Source of the DNA: Oscillibacter sp.
GTDB taxonomy: Bacteria > Bacillota > Clostridia > Oscillospirales > Oscillospiraceae
Direction: 5' to 3'
DNA: 34,793 bases
NCBI GenBank assembly: GCA_022796315.1
Contig: JAAWIL010000001.1
Span: 1-34,793, forward strand
A model generated the notes under the pieces. It was given only the letters and a program-made list of their open reading frames with translations. It was not told the origin of the DNA and made no database searches. Position numbers and translations under genes: made by a program. The stretch's first letter is position 1. The number at the start of each line of letters is the position of its first letter. Positions 8,613 through 17,727 of the stretch are shown here, piece after piece.

Positions 8613-8963
8613 TTAGTCAAAATCATGCTCGAATTCATCCAGCGCGGCATTTAACACTGCGGCGCTGTAAGCGACGCTGGGACCGCCGCCAAAGGCAATG
8701 GCCACCTCGGCAGCCGCCATGATTTCCTGCCGTGTGGCGCCGGCGGCATAGGCGCCGCTGGTATGTACACAGATGCAGTACTGGCAGCGGTTGTAGATCC
8801 CGATTGCCACGCCGATCAGCTCCTTGGTTTTGGAGGAGAGGATGTCGCCGCCCGCGCTGCCGTCCAGATCCATGAACTTCTGCATAAAGGCAGAATCCAT
8901 GCCGGAGAGTGCGCCCACACCGTTTGTAAAATCATTCAAAATTTCTCTCGCATTGATTGCCAT
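8613..8963 (-). CDS. Carboxymuconolactone decarboxylase/AhpD-family protein with CxxC
   Basis: LSSKTKELIGVAI..RCQYCICVH..GATRQEI..AIAFGGGP; GGAGG RBS. Confidence 0.9.
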   Translation of the reverse strand: MAINAREILNDFTNGVGALSGMDSAFMQKFMDLDGSAGGDILSSKTKELIGVAIGIYNRCQYCICVHTSGAYAAGATRQEIMAAAEVAIAFGGGPSVAYSAAVLNAALDEFEHDFD

Positions 8964-9020
8964 TTGACTACCTCCAGTAATGTAAAATGAATCGTATTTC
9001 TTCGCTTGACTGTGGAAAGA

Positions 9021-9049
9021 ACTATATCACTTAGCATACTAATTGTCAA
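9021..9049 (-). promoter_or_regulatory. SigA promoter of block A with a dyad in the spacer
   Basis: TTGACA-17 bp-TATAGT; spacer holds the imperfect palindrome TTAGTATGCTAA. Confidence 0.8.
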
Positions 9050-9219
9050 TCGTTTCTGGAAGGTCCTTCCTCGATGGATCGTACAAGCTTTTTTGGATTT
9101 TTCGTGCATATTGCTGTAAAGCGGAGGGGGATATTTTAAATATTGAGAAGCGAATACAGAGATCAAGTGAGTTTTTCCATATTGCGGTACAGGCGCCATC
9201 TTTTACCGCGATAATGCTT

Positions 9220-9302
9220 TATCGGATTCTCCTATATCTGGATTTCTGTTATTTAATTGTCAATAATTTGTATTACCTGACTTGAACAATATCCAGTATA
9301 AT
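9220..9302 (+). promoter_or_regulatory. Possible LysR (MtaR/MetR-like) box and -10 element for block B
   Basis: TATCG-N7-CTATA at 9220-9236 resembles TATAG-N7-CTATA; TATAAT at 9297-9302 has no good -35. Confidence 0.35.
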
Positions 9303-9370
9303 TAAATTAAAATCTCATGCAGAACTTATGCAGTTCAACGGCCAAATCCGACATGGGGGTGATGCGCACA

Positions 9371-10963
9371 ATGGGCAAGCCAAAATTTGTAACTGCCGCT
9401 GAAGCGGTTTCACACATCAAGCGTGGAGATACCGTTGCAATCTCCGGCTTTATTGGTATGGGGCACGCGGAAGAGATTACATATGAGCTGGAACGGCGCT
9501 TTTTGGAAACGAAGGCGCCCGGTGATCTGACAGTCGTGTGGGGCTCCAGCCAAAGCAATACCAAGGACCGGATTGGCTGCGACCGATTCTCCTATCCCGG
9601 TTTTGTCAAACGGGCAATCGTGGGTCACATTGGAATGCAGTATCACTTGTCCGAAATGGCGGCCAATAATGAATTTGAGGCGTATAACATCCCTATGGGC
9701 GTTCTGATTCATATGCTGCGCGCCCGGGGCGGAAACAAGCCCTGTATCACTACGCCGGTTGGCCTTGGGACGTTTGCGGACCCGCGTGAGGGCGGCGGAA
9801 AGCTGAATCAGCGAACCGTTGAAAACGGACCGGATTACGTTTCTGTTGTGGAGATGGACGGCAAAGAGTATTTGCAGTACAGGACCTTTGACGTCAACGT
9901 CGCAATCATCCGCGGCACTACGGCTGATACACATGGCAATATCACTATGGAGCATGAGGGAATTCTGCTGGAGACGCTGGAGTATGCCGCAGCGGCCCGG
10001 GCCTCCGGCGGCATTGTGATCTGCCAGGTGGAGCGGACCTGCCAGACGAATACGATGAATCCTCAGGATGTCCGGGTTCCCGGAATATTGGTGGACTATG
10101 TGGTGCAGACCTCCGATGTGGAGAAGTTCCACAAACAGACCTATAACATCTCCTACAACGGCGCTTTGAGCGGAGAGATTAAGATTCCCGTGGATTCCGT
10201 ACCGCCGCTGGAGATGAGCGTCCGCAAAATTATGGCCCGCCGGGCAGCTATGGAGCTGGTTCCTGGCTCTGTGGTTGATTTGGGCATGGGGGTTCCCGAC
10301 GGGGTCAGTAATGTCGCCGTTGAGGAAGGTCTGGACAGCGAGCTCATGATGCTGGTGGAATGCGGTGTTATCGGAGGTTCGCCCTGTTCTGGGTTTGACT
10401 TTGGCTGCGCTTACAATCCGGAGGCGATGATTCCCCAGCCCGCTCAGTTTGATCTGTTGGATGGCGGCATTGTGGATCTGGCGGTCCTGAGTATGGCAGA
10501 GCTCGATCAGTATGGCAATGTCAACGTATCGAAATTCGGCCCCCGCATTTACGGCGCTGGCGGGTTTATCAACATAGCCCAGAACTGCAAGACGTTGGTT
10601 TTTGTGGGAACAATGACGACGGGCGGCTTGAAAGCGGAGATTCGTGACGGCGGTATTCAGATTACACAGGAGGGCCGCAGTAAAAAGATGGTTCCTCTGG
10701 TGGGACATAAGACCTTCTCTGGACAGCAGGCGCAAAAAATGGGGCAGAAGGTTCTCTATGTGACCGAGCGGGCAGTGTTTGAAATGCGTGAAGAGGGTCT
10801 GACGCTGATTGAAATTGCTCCAGGCGTTGACCTGGACCGGGATATTCTGAAGCAGGTGGACTTTACACTCAACATTGCGGAGGACCTGCGTCTGATGGAT
10901 CAACGCATTTTCCGGACGGAACCCATGGGGATCTATGATGAGATTATGGCAAAAGGTGAATAA
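9371..10963 (+). CDS. Family I acyl-CoA:acetate CoA-transferase, single chain (YdiF/Pct-like, 530 aa)
   Basis: VGLGTFADPR, IIRGTTAD..GN, DLGMGVPDG, catalytic Glu in VECGVIGG, GNVNVSKF, GGFINI, YVTERAVF; GGGGGTGA RBS. Confidence 0.93.
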   Translation: MGKPKFVTAAEAVSHIKRGDTVAISGFIGMGHAEEITYELERRFLETKAPGDLTVVWGSSQSNTKDRIGCDRFSYPGFVKRAIVGHIGMQYHLSEMAANNEFEAYNIPMGVLIHMLRARGGNKPCITTPVGLGTFADPREGGGKLNQRTVENGPDYVSVVEMDGKEYLQYRTFDVNVAIIRGTTADTHGNITMEHEGILLETLEYAAAARASGGIVICQVERTCQTNTMNPQDVRVPGILVDYVVQTSDVEKFHKQTYNISYNGALSGEIKIPVDSVPPLEMSVRKIMARRAAMELVPGSVVDLGMGVPDGVSNVAVEEGLDSELMMLVECGVIGGSPCSGFDFGCAYNPEAMIPQPAQFDLLDGGIVDLAVLSMAELDQYGNVNVSKFGPRIYGAGGFINIAQNCKTLVFVGTMTTGGLKAEIRDGGIQITQEGRSKKMVPLVGHKTFSGQQAQKMGQKVLYVTERAVFEMREEGLTLIEIAPGVDLDRDILKQVDFTLNIAEDLRLMDQRIFRTEPMGIYDEIMAKGE

Positions 10964-11010
10964 CGTTTCGCCGTTGTGATTCAAAATTACAGAAATAGGA
11001 GGGCTTAAAA

Positions 11011-12162
11011 ATGTCTGCGATTGTTGAGGCAAAAGACTACATCTGCACCGAGGAGCTGGCAGAACTGCGGCTGAGAATACGCAAGTTTGCGGAGGACGTA
11101 CTGGCCCCGAAAGCCAGGGAGATTGATGAACATGGATTTGACAGAGAGCACTATCAAAAGGTCATGGACGCAAAACTGGCGGCCATTGCGGTCAGCAAGG
11201 CCGATGGGGGAGAGGGCGCCGGTACGGTTGGCCGCTGCGTAGTTCTGGAGGAGATGAGCAGAGTTTGTCCCTCTACTGCGCTTACGTTCCTGGTTGGCGG
11301 TATGGGAATGTATTCCTCCATTGCGACCGAAGAGCAGAAACGGAAATATTATTATCCCTGGATTGGGGGCAAGATTTTGCCGGCGTTCTGCCTGACTGAG
11401 CCCGGTTCCGGTTCGGATGTCGCCGCCAATGCTGCGACTGCGGTTCGCGATGGAGACGAATATGTGATCAACGGCGTTAAGACCCTGACTACAAACGGCG
11501 CCAGTGCCGATATTCTGAACGTCTGGGCCGTCACCAATCCTGAGGTTCCTGCGTCCAGGGGGATGTCTGCCTTTGTGGTAGAGAAGGGGACTCCCGGTGT
11601 AACCGCAAAGGTCCAAAAAACCATGACTCTGCGCGGTGCGGAAGTGGCGGAAATCAAGTTTGAAAATTGCCGGATTCCCGCAGAGAATCTGCTTGGCGAA
11701 GAGGGCAAGGGGTTCAAATATGCTATGAGCGGTATTGCCGGCGGCCGGATCAACGCGGCGGCTTGTTCCATCGGAATTGCGCAGCATGCGCTGGAACTGG
11801 CGGTAGCCTACGCGAAGAGCCGGGTCCAGTTCAAGCAGCCCATCGGCAGCAACCAGGGACTCGGCTTTGAGCTGGCTGACATGAAGTGCAAGCTGGAGTC
11901 CGCCAGAGCCTTGGTATTCAAGGCCGCCGCCATGATTGATGCCGGCCTGCCCGAGGCGGGCGAGTTCGCGGCGCTGGCAAAGATTGAGGCAACGGAGGCC
12001 GCGCAGTTCTGCGCGGATCGCTGCCTCCAGATTCATGGAGGCTTTGGCTGCACCACCGACTGTGACGCGGAGCGCGTTTACAGAGACGCACACGCCGGCA
12101 GAATTTATGACGGCACCACCGACATTTTGAAGATGATTGTCTCTCGTTCTCTCCTGAAATAA
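11011..12162 (+). CDS. Acyl-CoA dehydrogenase (short-chain/butyryl-CoA type)
   Basis: FCLTEPGSGSD, INGVK, GRINAAA, RVQFKQPI, QIHGGFG, RIYDGT. Confidence 0.93.
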   Translation: MSAIVEAKDYICTEELAELRLRIRKFAEDVLAPKAREIDEHGFDREHYQKVMDAKLAAIAVSKADGGEGAGTVGRCVVLEEMSRVCPSTALTFLVGGMGMYSSIATEEQKRKYYYPWIGGKILPAFCLTEPGSGSDVAANAATAVRDGDEYVINGVKTLTTNGASADILNVWAVTNPEVPASRGMSAFVVEKGTPGVTAKVQKTMTLRGAEVAEIKFENCRIPAENLLGEEGKGFKYAMSGIAGGRINAAACSIGIAQHALELAVAYAKSRVQFKQPIGSNQGLGFELADMKCKLESARALVFKAAAMIDAGLPEAGEFAALAKIEATEAAQFCADRCLQIHGGFGCTTDCDAERVYRDAHAGRIYDGTTDILKMIVSRSLLK

Positions 12163-12332
12163 GCAACTCAGAGAATGCGCGTCAGAAAACAGCGAATCGG
12201 GAACAGTCTCTTTGTGATGGAAACATCTTTGTTATGTTTCCGGCCTGCAAAACTTCCGGCGCTTATTCGCGCATACGCATATTGAGGGAAGCCGTATGTT
12301 CTCAAATATGCAGAAAAATAGGAGGATTTTCA

Positions 12333-13427
12333 ATGAAAAGGCTTTTGACTCTGATCCTGGTGCTTTTGATGGTCATGAGTATGCTGAGCGGCTGCGGCGG
12401 TTCGACGTCTCCCGGCAGCGGCGGCAGTGATGATGGGAGCGCCGCTCCCGCAAATGCGGTTGTCATTAAGTTTGCCCATGCCGGCGCGATTATGGAGGGC
12501 GATCCCCAGCACGAGGGCGCCCTGTACTTTGAGAAGATCCTGGAAGAGCGGTCCAACGGCTATTATGACGTTCAAGTTTTTGGCAGCACGCAGCTGGGAG
12601 ACACGGTGACCAAACTGGAGGGCATTCAGTCCGGGATCATTGAGATGGGGGATATTGAGTCCGGCCCCACGGTCAGCTTTGTTCCTGCGGAGGCGCTGTG
12701 GGACATGCCCTACATGTTCGTGAGCTGGGACCACGCCCATGACATGATTGACGGTGAGCTGGGCGACATGGTGGCGGAAAAGTGGCTGGACATCGGTATT
12801 GAGGTTCTGGGCTACAATGACGGCGGTTTCCGGCATTTCTCAAACTCCAAGCGTCCCATCTGTACGCCTGCGGATCTGAACGGCGTGAAGATCCGCACCA
12901 TGGAATCTGAGGTGATGGTGGCGGCGCTGAACGCACTGGGCTGTTCGGCTATGCCTCTGGCCTTTGGCGAGGTTTACTCCGCCCTGCAGCAGGGCGCCAT
13001 TGACGGTGTTGAAACCCCGTATAACCTGATCTTCTCCCAGGCCTACTATGAAGTGGAGAAGTACATCTCTCCCACTGGGCATTTCTTCTTCCTGCGCCAT
13101 TATCTGGCGAATTCCGACTGGCTTGCTTCCCAGCCTGAAGACATGCAGGCCCTGATCAGGGAGTGCGCTGCCGAGGCCTGCGCAAAGCAGCGCGAACTGA
13201 ACTATGCGGCCCAGCAGCAGTATAAGACCGATCTCGTTGATAAGTATGGTATGGAGCTGAACGAGGTGGATATCGCGCCCTTTATTCAGATTGCACAGGA
13301 GGAGTTTTGGCCTACACAGTATGAGCGGATCGGCAAGATTCTTGGAGATGGCACGGCAGAGTCCGGCAAGGCGGTTATGGATATGATTGCCGAGTCTGCA
13401 AAGGAGTACACGTACGATTTAGCCTGA
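12333..13427 (+). CDS. dctP: TRAP substrate-binding lipoprotein (364 aa)
   Basis: AGGAGG RBS, lipobox LSGC, GFRHF, KIRTMES, EVYSALQQGAIDG. Confidence 0.93.
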   Translation: MKRLLTLILVLLMVMSMLSGCGGSTSPGSGGSDDGSAAPANAVVIKFAHAGAIMEGDPQHEGALYFEKILEERSNGYYDVQVFGSTQLGDTVTKLEGIQSGIIEMGDIESGPTVSFVPAEALWDMPYMFVSWDHAHDMIDGELGDMVAEKWLDIGIEVLGYNDGGFRHFSNSKRPICTPADLNGVKIRTMESEVMVAALNALGCSAMPLAFGEVYSALQQGAIDGVETPYNLIFSQAYYEVEKYISPTGHFFFLRHYLANSDWLASQPEDMQALIRECAAEACAKQRELNYAAQQQYKTDLVDKYGMELNEVDIAPFIQIAQEEFWPTQYERIGKILGDGTAESGKAVMDMIAESAKEYTYDLA

Positions 13428-13436
13428 GTGTTTGAA

Positions 13437-13478
13437 AACAGGGCTAAGCGGCAGAGAACTCTGTCGCTTAGCCCTGTT
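13437..13478 (+). other. Long hairpin between dctP and dctQ (mRNA stabiliser or attenuator)
   Basis: aacagggctaagcggcaga..tctgtcgcttagccctgtt, about 19-bp stem with one G-U pair. Confidence 0.65.
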
Positions 13479-13496
13479 CGGGAAGGAGCGTTGTTT

Positions 13497-13967
13497 TTGA
13501 AAGCTATTGAAAAAACCGTTCGGGTATTTCTGGCGATTCTGATGATTGCCATGACCGTGCTGACCTTCTATCAGATCATTATGAGGTTTATCTTCGACAA
13601 TCCCTCCTCATGGAGCGAGGAGGCCGTCAGGTTTCTGTTTGTCTGGGCGAGTTTTGTTGCGGCAGGCATCGGAATTAAGGAGCATATACATATCGGTATT
13701 GATGTGGTGGTGGGGTTGTTTCCACGGAAGCTGCAAGTGGCCGCCGGTATGCTGGTTGATCTGGCGGTTGCCGGCTTTGGAGGGTGGCTCTCCTATGTTG
13801 GTTCGCTCCTGACGTATAATTCGCGAAATCAGTTTACCCCGGCGCTGCAGCTGTCCAGAAGCTGGCTGTATGTTCCTGTGGTGCTGTTTGGCGTGATGGT
13901 GGTGATCTTCAGCGTCATGGAGTGCGTGAAGAAGGCGAAGGTGCTGCGGAAGGGGGAGAACTGCTGA
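13497..13967 (+). CDS. dctQ: TRAP small permease
   Basis: QIIMRF..SWSEEAVRFLFVW..HIGID; TTG start inferred from GGAAGGAG RBS. Confidence 0.88.
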   Translation: MKAIEKTVRVFLAILMIAMTVLTFYQIIMRFIFDNPSSWSEEAVRFLFVWASFVAAGIGIKEHIHIGIDVVVGLFPRKLQVAAGMLVDLAVAGFGGWLSYVGSLLTYNSRNQFTPALQLSRSWLYVPVVLFGVMVVIFSVMECVKKAKVLRKGENC

Positions 13968-15247
13968 TGGTTGCTGCGCTGTTGATCGTACTGCTCATTT
14001 GCTTTGTATTGAACGTACCGATTGCTTTTTCTATGGTACTGGCCTCGATTGCGGCCATTTTTGCCAGCGGCGGCATGCTTCCGGCCACGATCATTCCTCA
14101 ATATATGGTAGCCGGGGCGAACTCCTTCGTTCTGCTGGCAATCCCCTTTTTCATGATGGCCGGAGCGCTGATGGAGGGCGGCGGCGTTTCCAAGCGGATC
14201 GTTCGCTTTGCGGAGACCTTGGTGGGGCATCAGCACGGCGGACTGAGCGCGGTTTCAATTGTGTCCTGTGCGATTTTTGCCGCAATTTCCGGCTCTACAC
14301 CCGCTACCGCCGCAGCGGTCGGCGGGCTGACAATTCCGGAGATGGAGCAGAGGGGCTATGACAAGCCCTATGCCTCTGCAACGGTAGCGTCTGCCGCCTG
14401 TCTGGGTGTGATTATTCCGCCCAGCACCACAATGGTCATCTATGGCGTTACGGCAAATGTCTCCATTGGAAAGCTGTTAATCGGCGGTTTTGCCCCTGGC
14501 GTTTTCCTGATGATTCTGCTGTTGATTGTCAACTATTGCTATGCGAAAAAGCTGGGATATCCAACCGGAAAACGGTGCTCGGCGCGCGAGGTTTGGATTG
14601 CGTTTAAGGATGCGTTTTTTGCGCTGCTGATGCCCGTGATCATTTTGGGCGGAATTATGACGGGGGTGTTTACCCCTACGGAGTCCGCCTGCGTGGCAGT
14701 GGTCTATGGATTCTTTGTGGGATTCTTTATTTATAGAGAATTGAAACTCTCCGATATCGTCCCCATGATGTACAAGGCGGCGCTGAACTCCGCCATGATC
14801 ATCCTTCTGATTGCCGTGGCAAATGGATTCGGATACATTCTGACGGTTAACCAGGTTTCCGCTGTGGTCAGCAATTTTCTCCTTGGTTTGACGGATAATG
14901 CGATCATCATGTTTTTCCTGATCATTGTGCTGTACCTGATCCTGGGAACCTTTATGGACACCACGGCAATCATTATGCTGGCCGTTCCGATGCTGGCGCC
15001 GGTTGTGCAGAGCTTGGGCGTGGACCCCATCCACTTTGGTGTGGTAACGGTGTGCGCGCTGGCCACCGGCATGGCCACTCCCCCGGTGGGGATCTCCCTG
15101 TTTGCGACCTGCAGTGTTGCCAAAATTTCTATGGGATCGCTTTGCACGAGGATTCTGCCCTTCCTGTTTACGCTGATTGCCGGACTGTTTATTTTGGCCG
15201 TCTGTGAACCTCTGGTTACGTTGGTTCCCAATCTGTTGATTGGCTGA
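13967..15247 (+). CDS. dctM: TRAP large permease (426 aa)
   Basis: LLAIPFF, FAAISGS, IIPPS, GVFTPTES, TPPVG; TGATG overlap. Confidence 0.94.
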   Translation: MVAALLIVLLICFVLNVPIAFSMVLASIAAIFASGGMLPATIIPQYMVAGANSFVLLAIPFFMMAGALMEGGGVSKRIVRFAETLVGHQHGGLSAVSIVSCAIFAAISGSTPATAAAVGGLTIPEMEQRGYDKPYASATVASAACLGVIIPPSTTMVIYGVTANVSIGKLLIGGFAPGVFLMILLLIVNYCYAKKLGYPTGKRCSAREVWIAFKDAFFALLMPVIILGGIMTGVFTPTESACVAVVYGFFVGFFIYRELKLSDIVPMMYKAALNSAMIILLIAVANGFGYILTVNQVSAVVSNFLLGLTDNAIIMFFLIIVLYLILGTFMDTTAIIMLAVPMLAPVVQSLGVDPIHFGVVTVCALATGMATPPVGISLFATCSVAKISMGSLCTRILPFLFTLIAGLFILAVCEPLVTLVPNLLIG

Positions 15248-15305
15248 GCAGCTGTTTCTCTGGGCGGCATCTTTCAGGAGATGGTACGTTCCGTTTGAGC
15301 CTTCC

Positions 15306-15389
15306 GGGCAATCCTAACCACCACATGGCCGGTGGTTAGGATTGCCCCAAAAGACTGCCGCGAGTGAGTGGGACGCGGCAGTCTTTTTT
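15306..15389 (+). terminator. Perfect 17-bp hairpin followed by an intrinsic terminator
   Basis: gggcaatcctaaccacc/ggtggttaggattgccc, then aaaagactgccgcg/cgcggcagtctttttt. Confidence 0.8.
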
Positions 15390-15450
15390 GGGCATCTGAG
15401 AGGCGGACCTGACTCAACTTTGATTGGAAAATTTAAATCGAGCTTTGGCC

Positions 15451-15478
15451 TTGAATTTTTTCGGGAAAAGTATATAAT
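15451..15478 (+). promoter_or_regulatory. Probable SigA promoter for the LysR gene
   Basis: TTGAAT-16 bp-TATAAT. Confidence 0.5.
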
Positions 15479-15541
15479 AAAGAAAAAGGAGCTGCACATT
15501 CTTGCGGGAGCTGCGCTGAAAAACACTGCGCGAGGTGAGAT

Positions 15542-16498
15542 ATGACATTTCAACAGTTAAAATATGTTCTTGCCGTTGCAAATTGCGGGTCCATTAACCG
15601 CGCGGCAGAAAAAATGTTTGTTTCACAGTCCGGCGTTAGCTCTGCGCTGTCTGATCTGGAAAAGGAATTCAATACGACGCTGTTCATCCGTGGCAGCGGC
15701 AGTACGGGAACCGTTTTGACGAAGGACGGCCAGCATTTCTTAAAGTACGCAAAGTCTATCCTGGACAGGCAGGAGGCCTTAGAGAATTTTTATTCCAGCC
15801 AAAAAAACCCCGTGAAAACATTTTCGATTTCCTCTCAGCATTATCAATGTGTCTGCGCCGCATATATCAAGTTTGTCAATCAGATGAGCGGAAGTGAATA
15901 CCACTTTACGTATAAAGAGTGCGGAATGGACGATGTGATTGACGATGTACATGCCCTCCGCGCGGATCTTGGCATCATCATTACCTCGAATCTTACGGAA
16001 GACATGACAAATTACTACCTGAACCGGCGAAACCTGTCCTTTGAGGCGGTTACCACCATACAGCCCTGCGTGTTTCTCTCCAAAAGTCATCCTCTGGCCA
16101 GTGAGAAAAGTCTGCGAGTCGATGATATTTTGAAATATCCATATGTCACATTTTCCAACAATCAGGACACCCCGATTGATTTCTCTGAAGGGATTAACAA
16201 GTTGTCGTTGCAGCGCAATCGACAGTCAATTATCACCAACGATCGTGCCGCCATGGTGAATCTTTTGTGCAACAGCAACTGCGTCTCAACCGGCAGCGGC
16301 TTCCTCCTGGAAAACATATCGGACAGGCGGCTTATCTCCATTCCCTTGGAGGACAGTATGGAACGGATGGTACTGGGTTGGGTTAAGCCAAAGAGCAGTT
16401 ATTTGAGCGAGGATGGGAAGCTGTTTCTTGAAATTCTCCATTCCGTGGTCGATGAGGCGAAAACATATACAAGGCGAATTTGGGATAAGCAATGGTGA
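15542..16498 (+). CDS. LysR-family regulator, MtaR/CpsY-like
   Basis: LysR HTH (GSINRAAEKMFVSQS..LE); FSISSQHY, IDDV, FSE, DRA..NLL, SIPL motifs recalled from streptococcal CpsY/MtaR. Confidence 0.9.
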   Translation: MTFQQLKYVLAVANCGSINRAAEKMFVSQSGVSSALSDLEKEFNTTLFIRGSGSTGTVLTKDGQHFLKYAKSILDRQEALENFYSSQKNPVKTFSISSQHYQCVCAAYIKFVNQMSGSEYHFTYKECGMDDVIDDVHALRADLGIIITSNLTEDMTNYYLNRRNLSFEAVTTIQPCVFLSKSHPLASEKSLRVDDILKYPYVTFSNNQDTPIDFSEGINKLSLQRNRQSIITNDRAAMVNLLCNSNCVSTGSGFLLENISDRRLISIPLEDSMERMVLGWVKPKSSYLSEDGKLFLEILHSVVDEAKTYTRRIWDKQW

Positions 16499-16566
16499 GG
16501 GTCCCGCCGCTCTGTCCGCTTCAAATGATGCTTTTTGCGTTTGCGGGAAATAGGCTTGGGCACCGG

Positions 16567-16613
16567 AAAACATACGGCAGAGGGGCTGTGAGCGCCCTTG
16601 CCGTATGTTTTTT
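16567..16613. terminator. Bidirectional intrinsic terminator
   Basis: aaaacatacggca..tgccgtatgtttttt between convergent lysR and lplA. Confidence 0.82.
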
Positions 16614-16642
16614 CTTGGCTTGCGGTATTTAAAAGAGGGGAG

Positions 16643-17635
16643 TCATGTATAGAGCAACAGATCTTGCAGGTCCTTCTCGGTCATTCCGTTGATGAAAAAG
16701 GGGACGTGGAAGGCGCGCAGCGCGTCCTCCATATCTGATCTGAGCGCCAGACCGACCAGCCGCTGCTCCAATTCGTGAATATCTCCGTTTCCAAAAAAAT
16801 CTCCAAAAAAACGGATTTCCGCGATATGGCCATCCTGCACATTCAGGTGTACTTCTATGCTGCCCCATGGAAACCGCTGCTCGCTGCGCATTTCATAATC
16901 TGCATAGTATCCGTAGTTCCATTTCCAGGTTGCATATTTGGCCTTTTGCAGTTCAGAAATGGCCCGCATGTCCTGTTCTGAGAGGCGATACCGCTGCACT
17001 GTCTTCCCGGAGGAGGAGAAGATCTCGTGTGCAAGCGCTTCCTTAAATGCCTCCATGGAGATTGGCACATTGGTATGGTCTTGTATCGTTGTTACGCGGC
17101 TGGCTACGGAAGAAATCCCCCTGGATTGAAATTTAGCGGTTCGGGGCCTCAATGCCGCCGACAATACATCCAGATTTGAATGCAGCAGGATGCAGCCATG
17201 ATAGAGCAGCCGTCCGTCATTTGAGAATTGCGCACATCCAGAGAACTTTTTTCCATCAATTAAAAGATCGTTGCGTCCATTAAACTCCGCCTGGATGCCC
17301 CATTTCTTCAAAACCTGAATGACAGGTTGGGCAAAATGGAGAAAATTAAGGGAATCCATGCCCGTTTGACTGCTCAGCAGTGTGTAATTCAAATTCCCGA
17401 TATCGTGGTATACAGCGCCTCCGCCCGAAAGACGGCGGGCAACCTTGATCTGTGCCTCATCTACATAGGATTGATTGATTTCCTCGGCTGTATTCTGAAA
17501 TCTTCCCACAATAATAGAATTTGTGTTTTGCCATAACATCAGAAGTTCCTGCTGTTTGTCCAGCGTTTGAAAGAGATGTTCCTCAAGCGCCAGATTGAAA
17601 TAGGGGTCCAAAGAGGGGGATTCTAAGAAAAGCAT
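16643..17635 (-). CDS. lplA: Lipoate-protein ligase A
   Basis: PYFNLALEE, RRLSGGGAVYHDIGN, GRNDLLIDGKKFSG, C-terminal FFGDFF domain. Confidence 0.95.
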   Translation of the reverse strand: MLFLESPSLDPYFNLALEEHLFQTLDKQQELLMLWQNTNSIIVGRFQNTAEEINQSYVDEAQIKVARRLSGGGAVYHDIGNLNYTLLSSQTGMDSLNFLHFAQPVIQVLKKWGIQAEFNGRNDLLIDGKKFSGCAQFSNDGRLLYHGCILLHSNLDVLSAALRPRTAKFQSRGISSVASRVTTIQDHTNVPISMEAFKEALAHEIFSSSGKTVQRYRLSEQDMRAISELQKAKYATWKWNYGYYADYEMRSEQRFPWGSIEVHLNVQDGHIAEIRFFGDFFGNGDIHELEQRLVGLALRSDMEDALRAFHVPFFINGMTEKDLQDLLLYT

Positions 17636-17727
17636 ACCATGTCCTCGCTCATATAGATCTGCGGATCGTTACGCTCTCCGCAGTGCCATTTTTCTGTTGA
17701 GACGGTTCGGAATATGCCTGGCTGGCA

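Noticed and set aside
9410-12093. Long antisense ORFs (540 aa and 362 aa)
   Set aside because: Shadows of the CoA-transferase and acyl-CoA dehydrogenase in GC-rich DNA; no motifs
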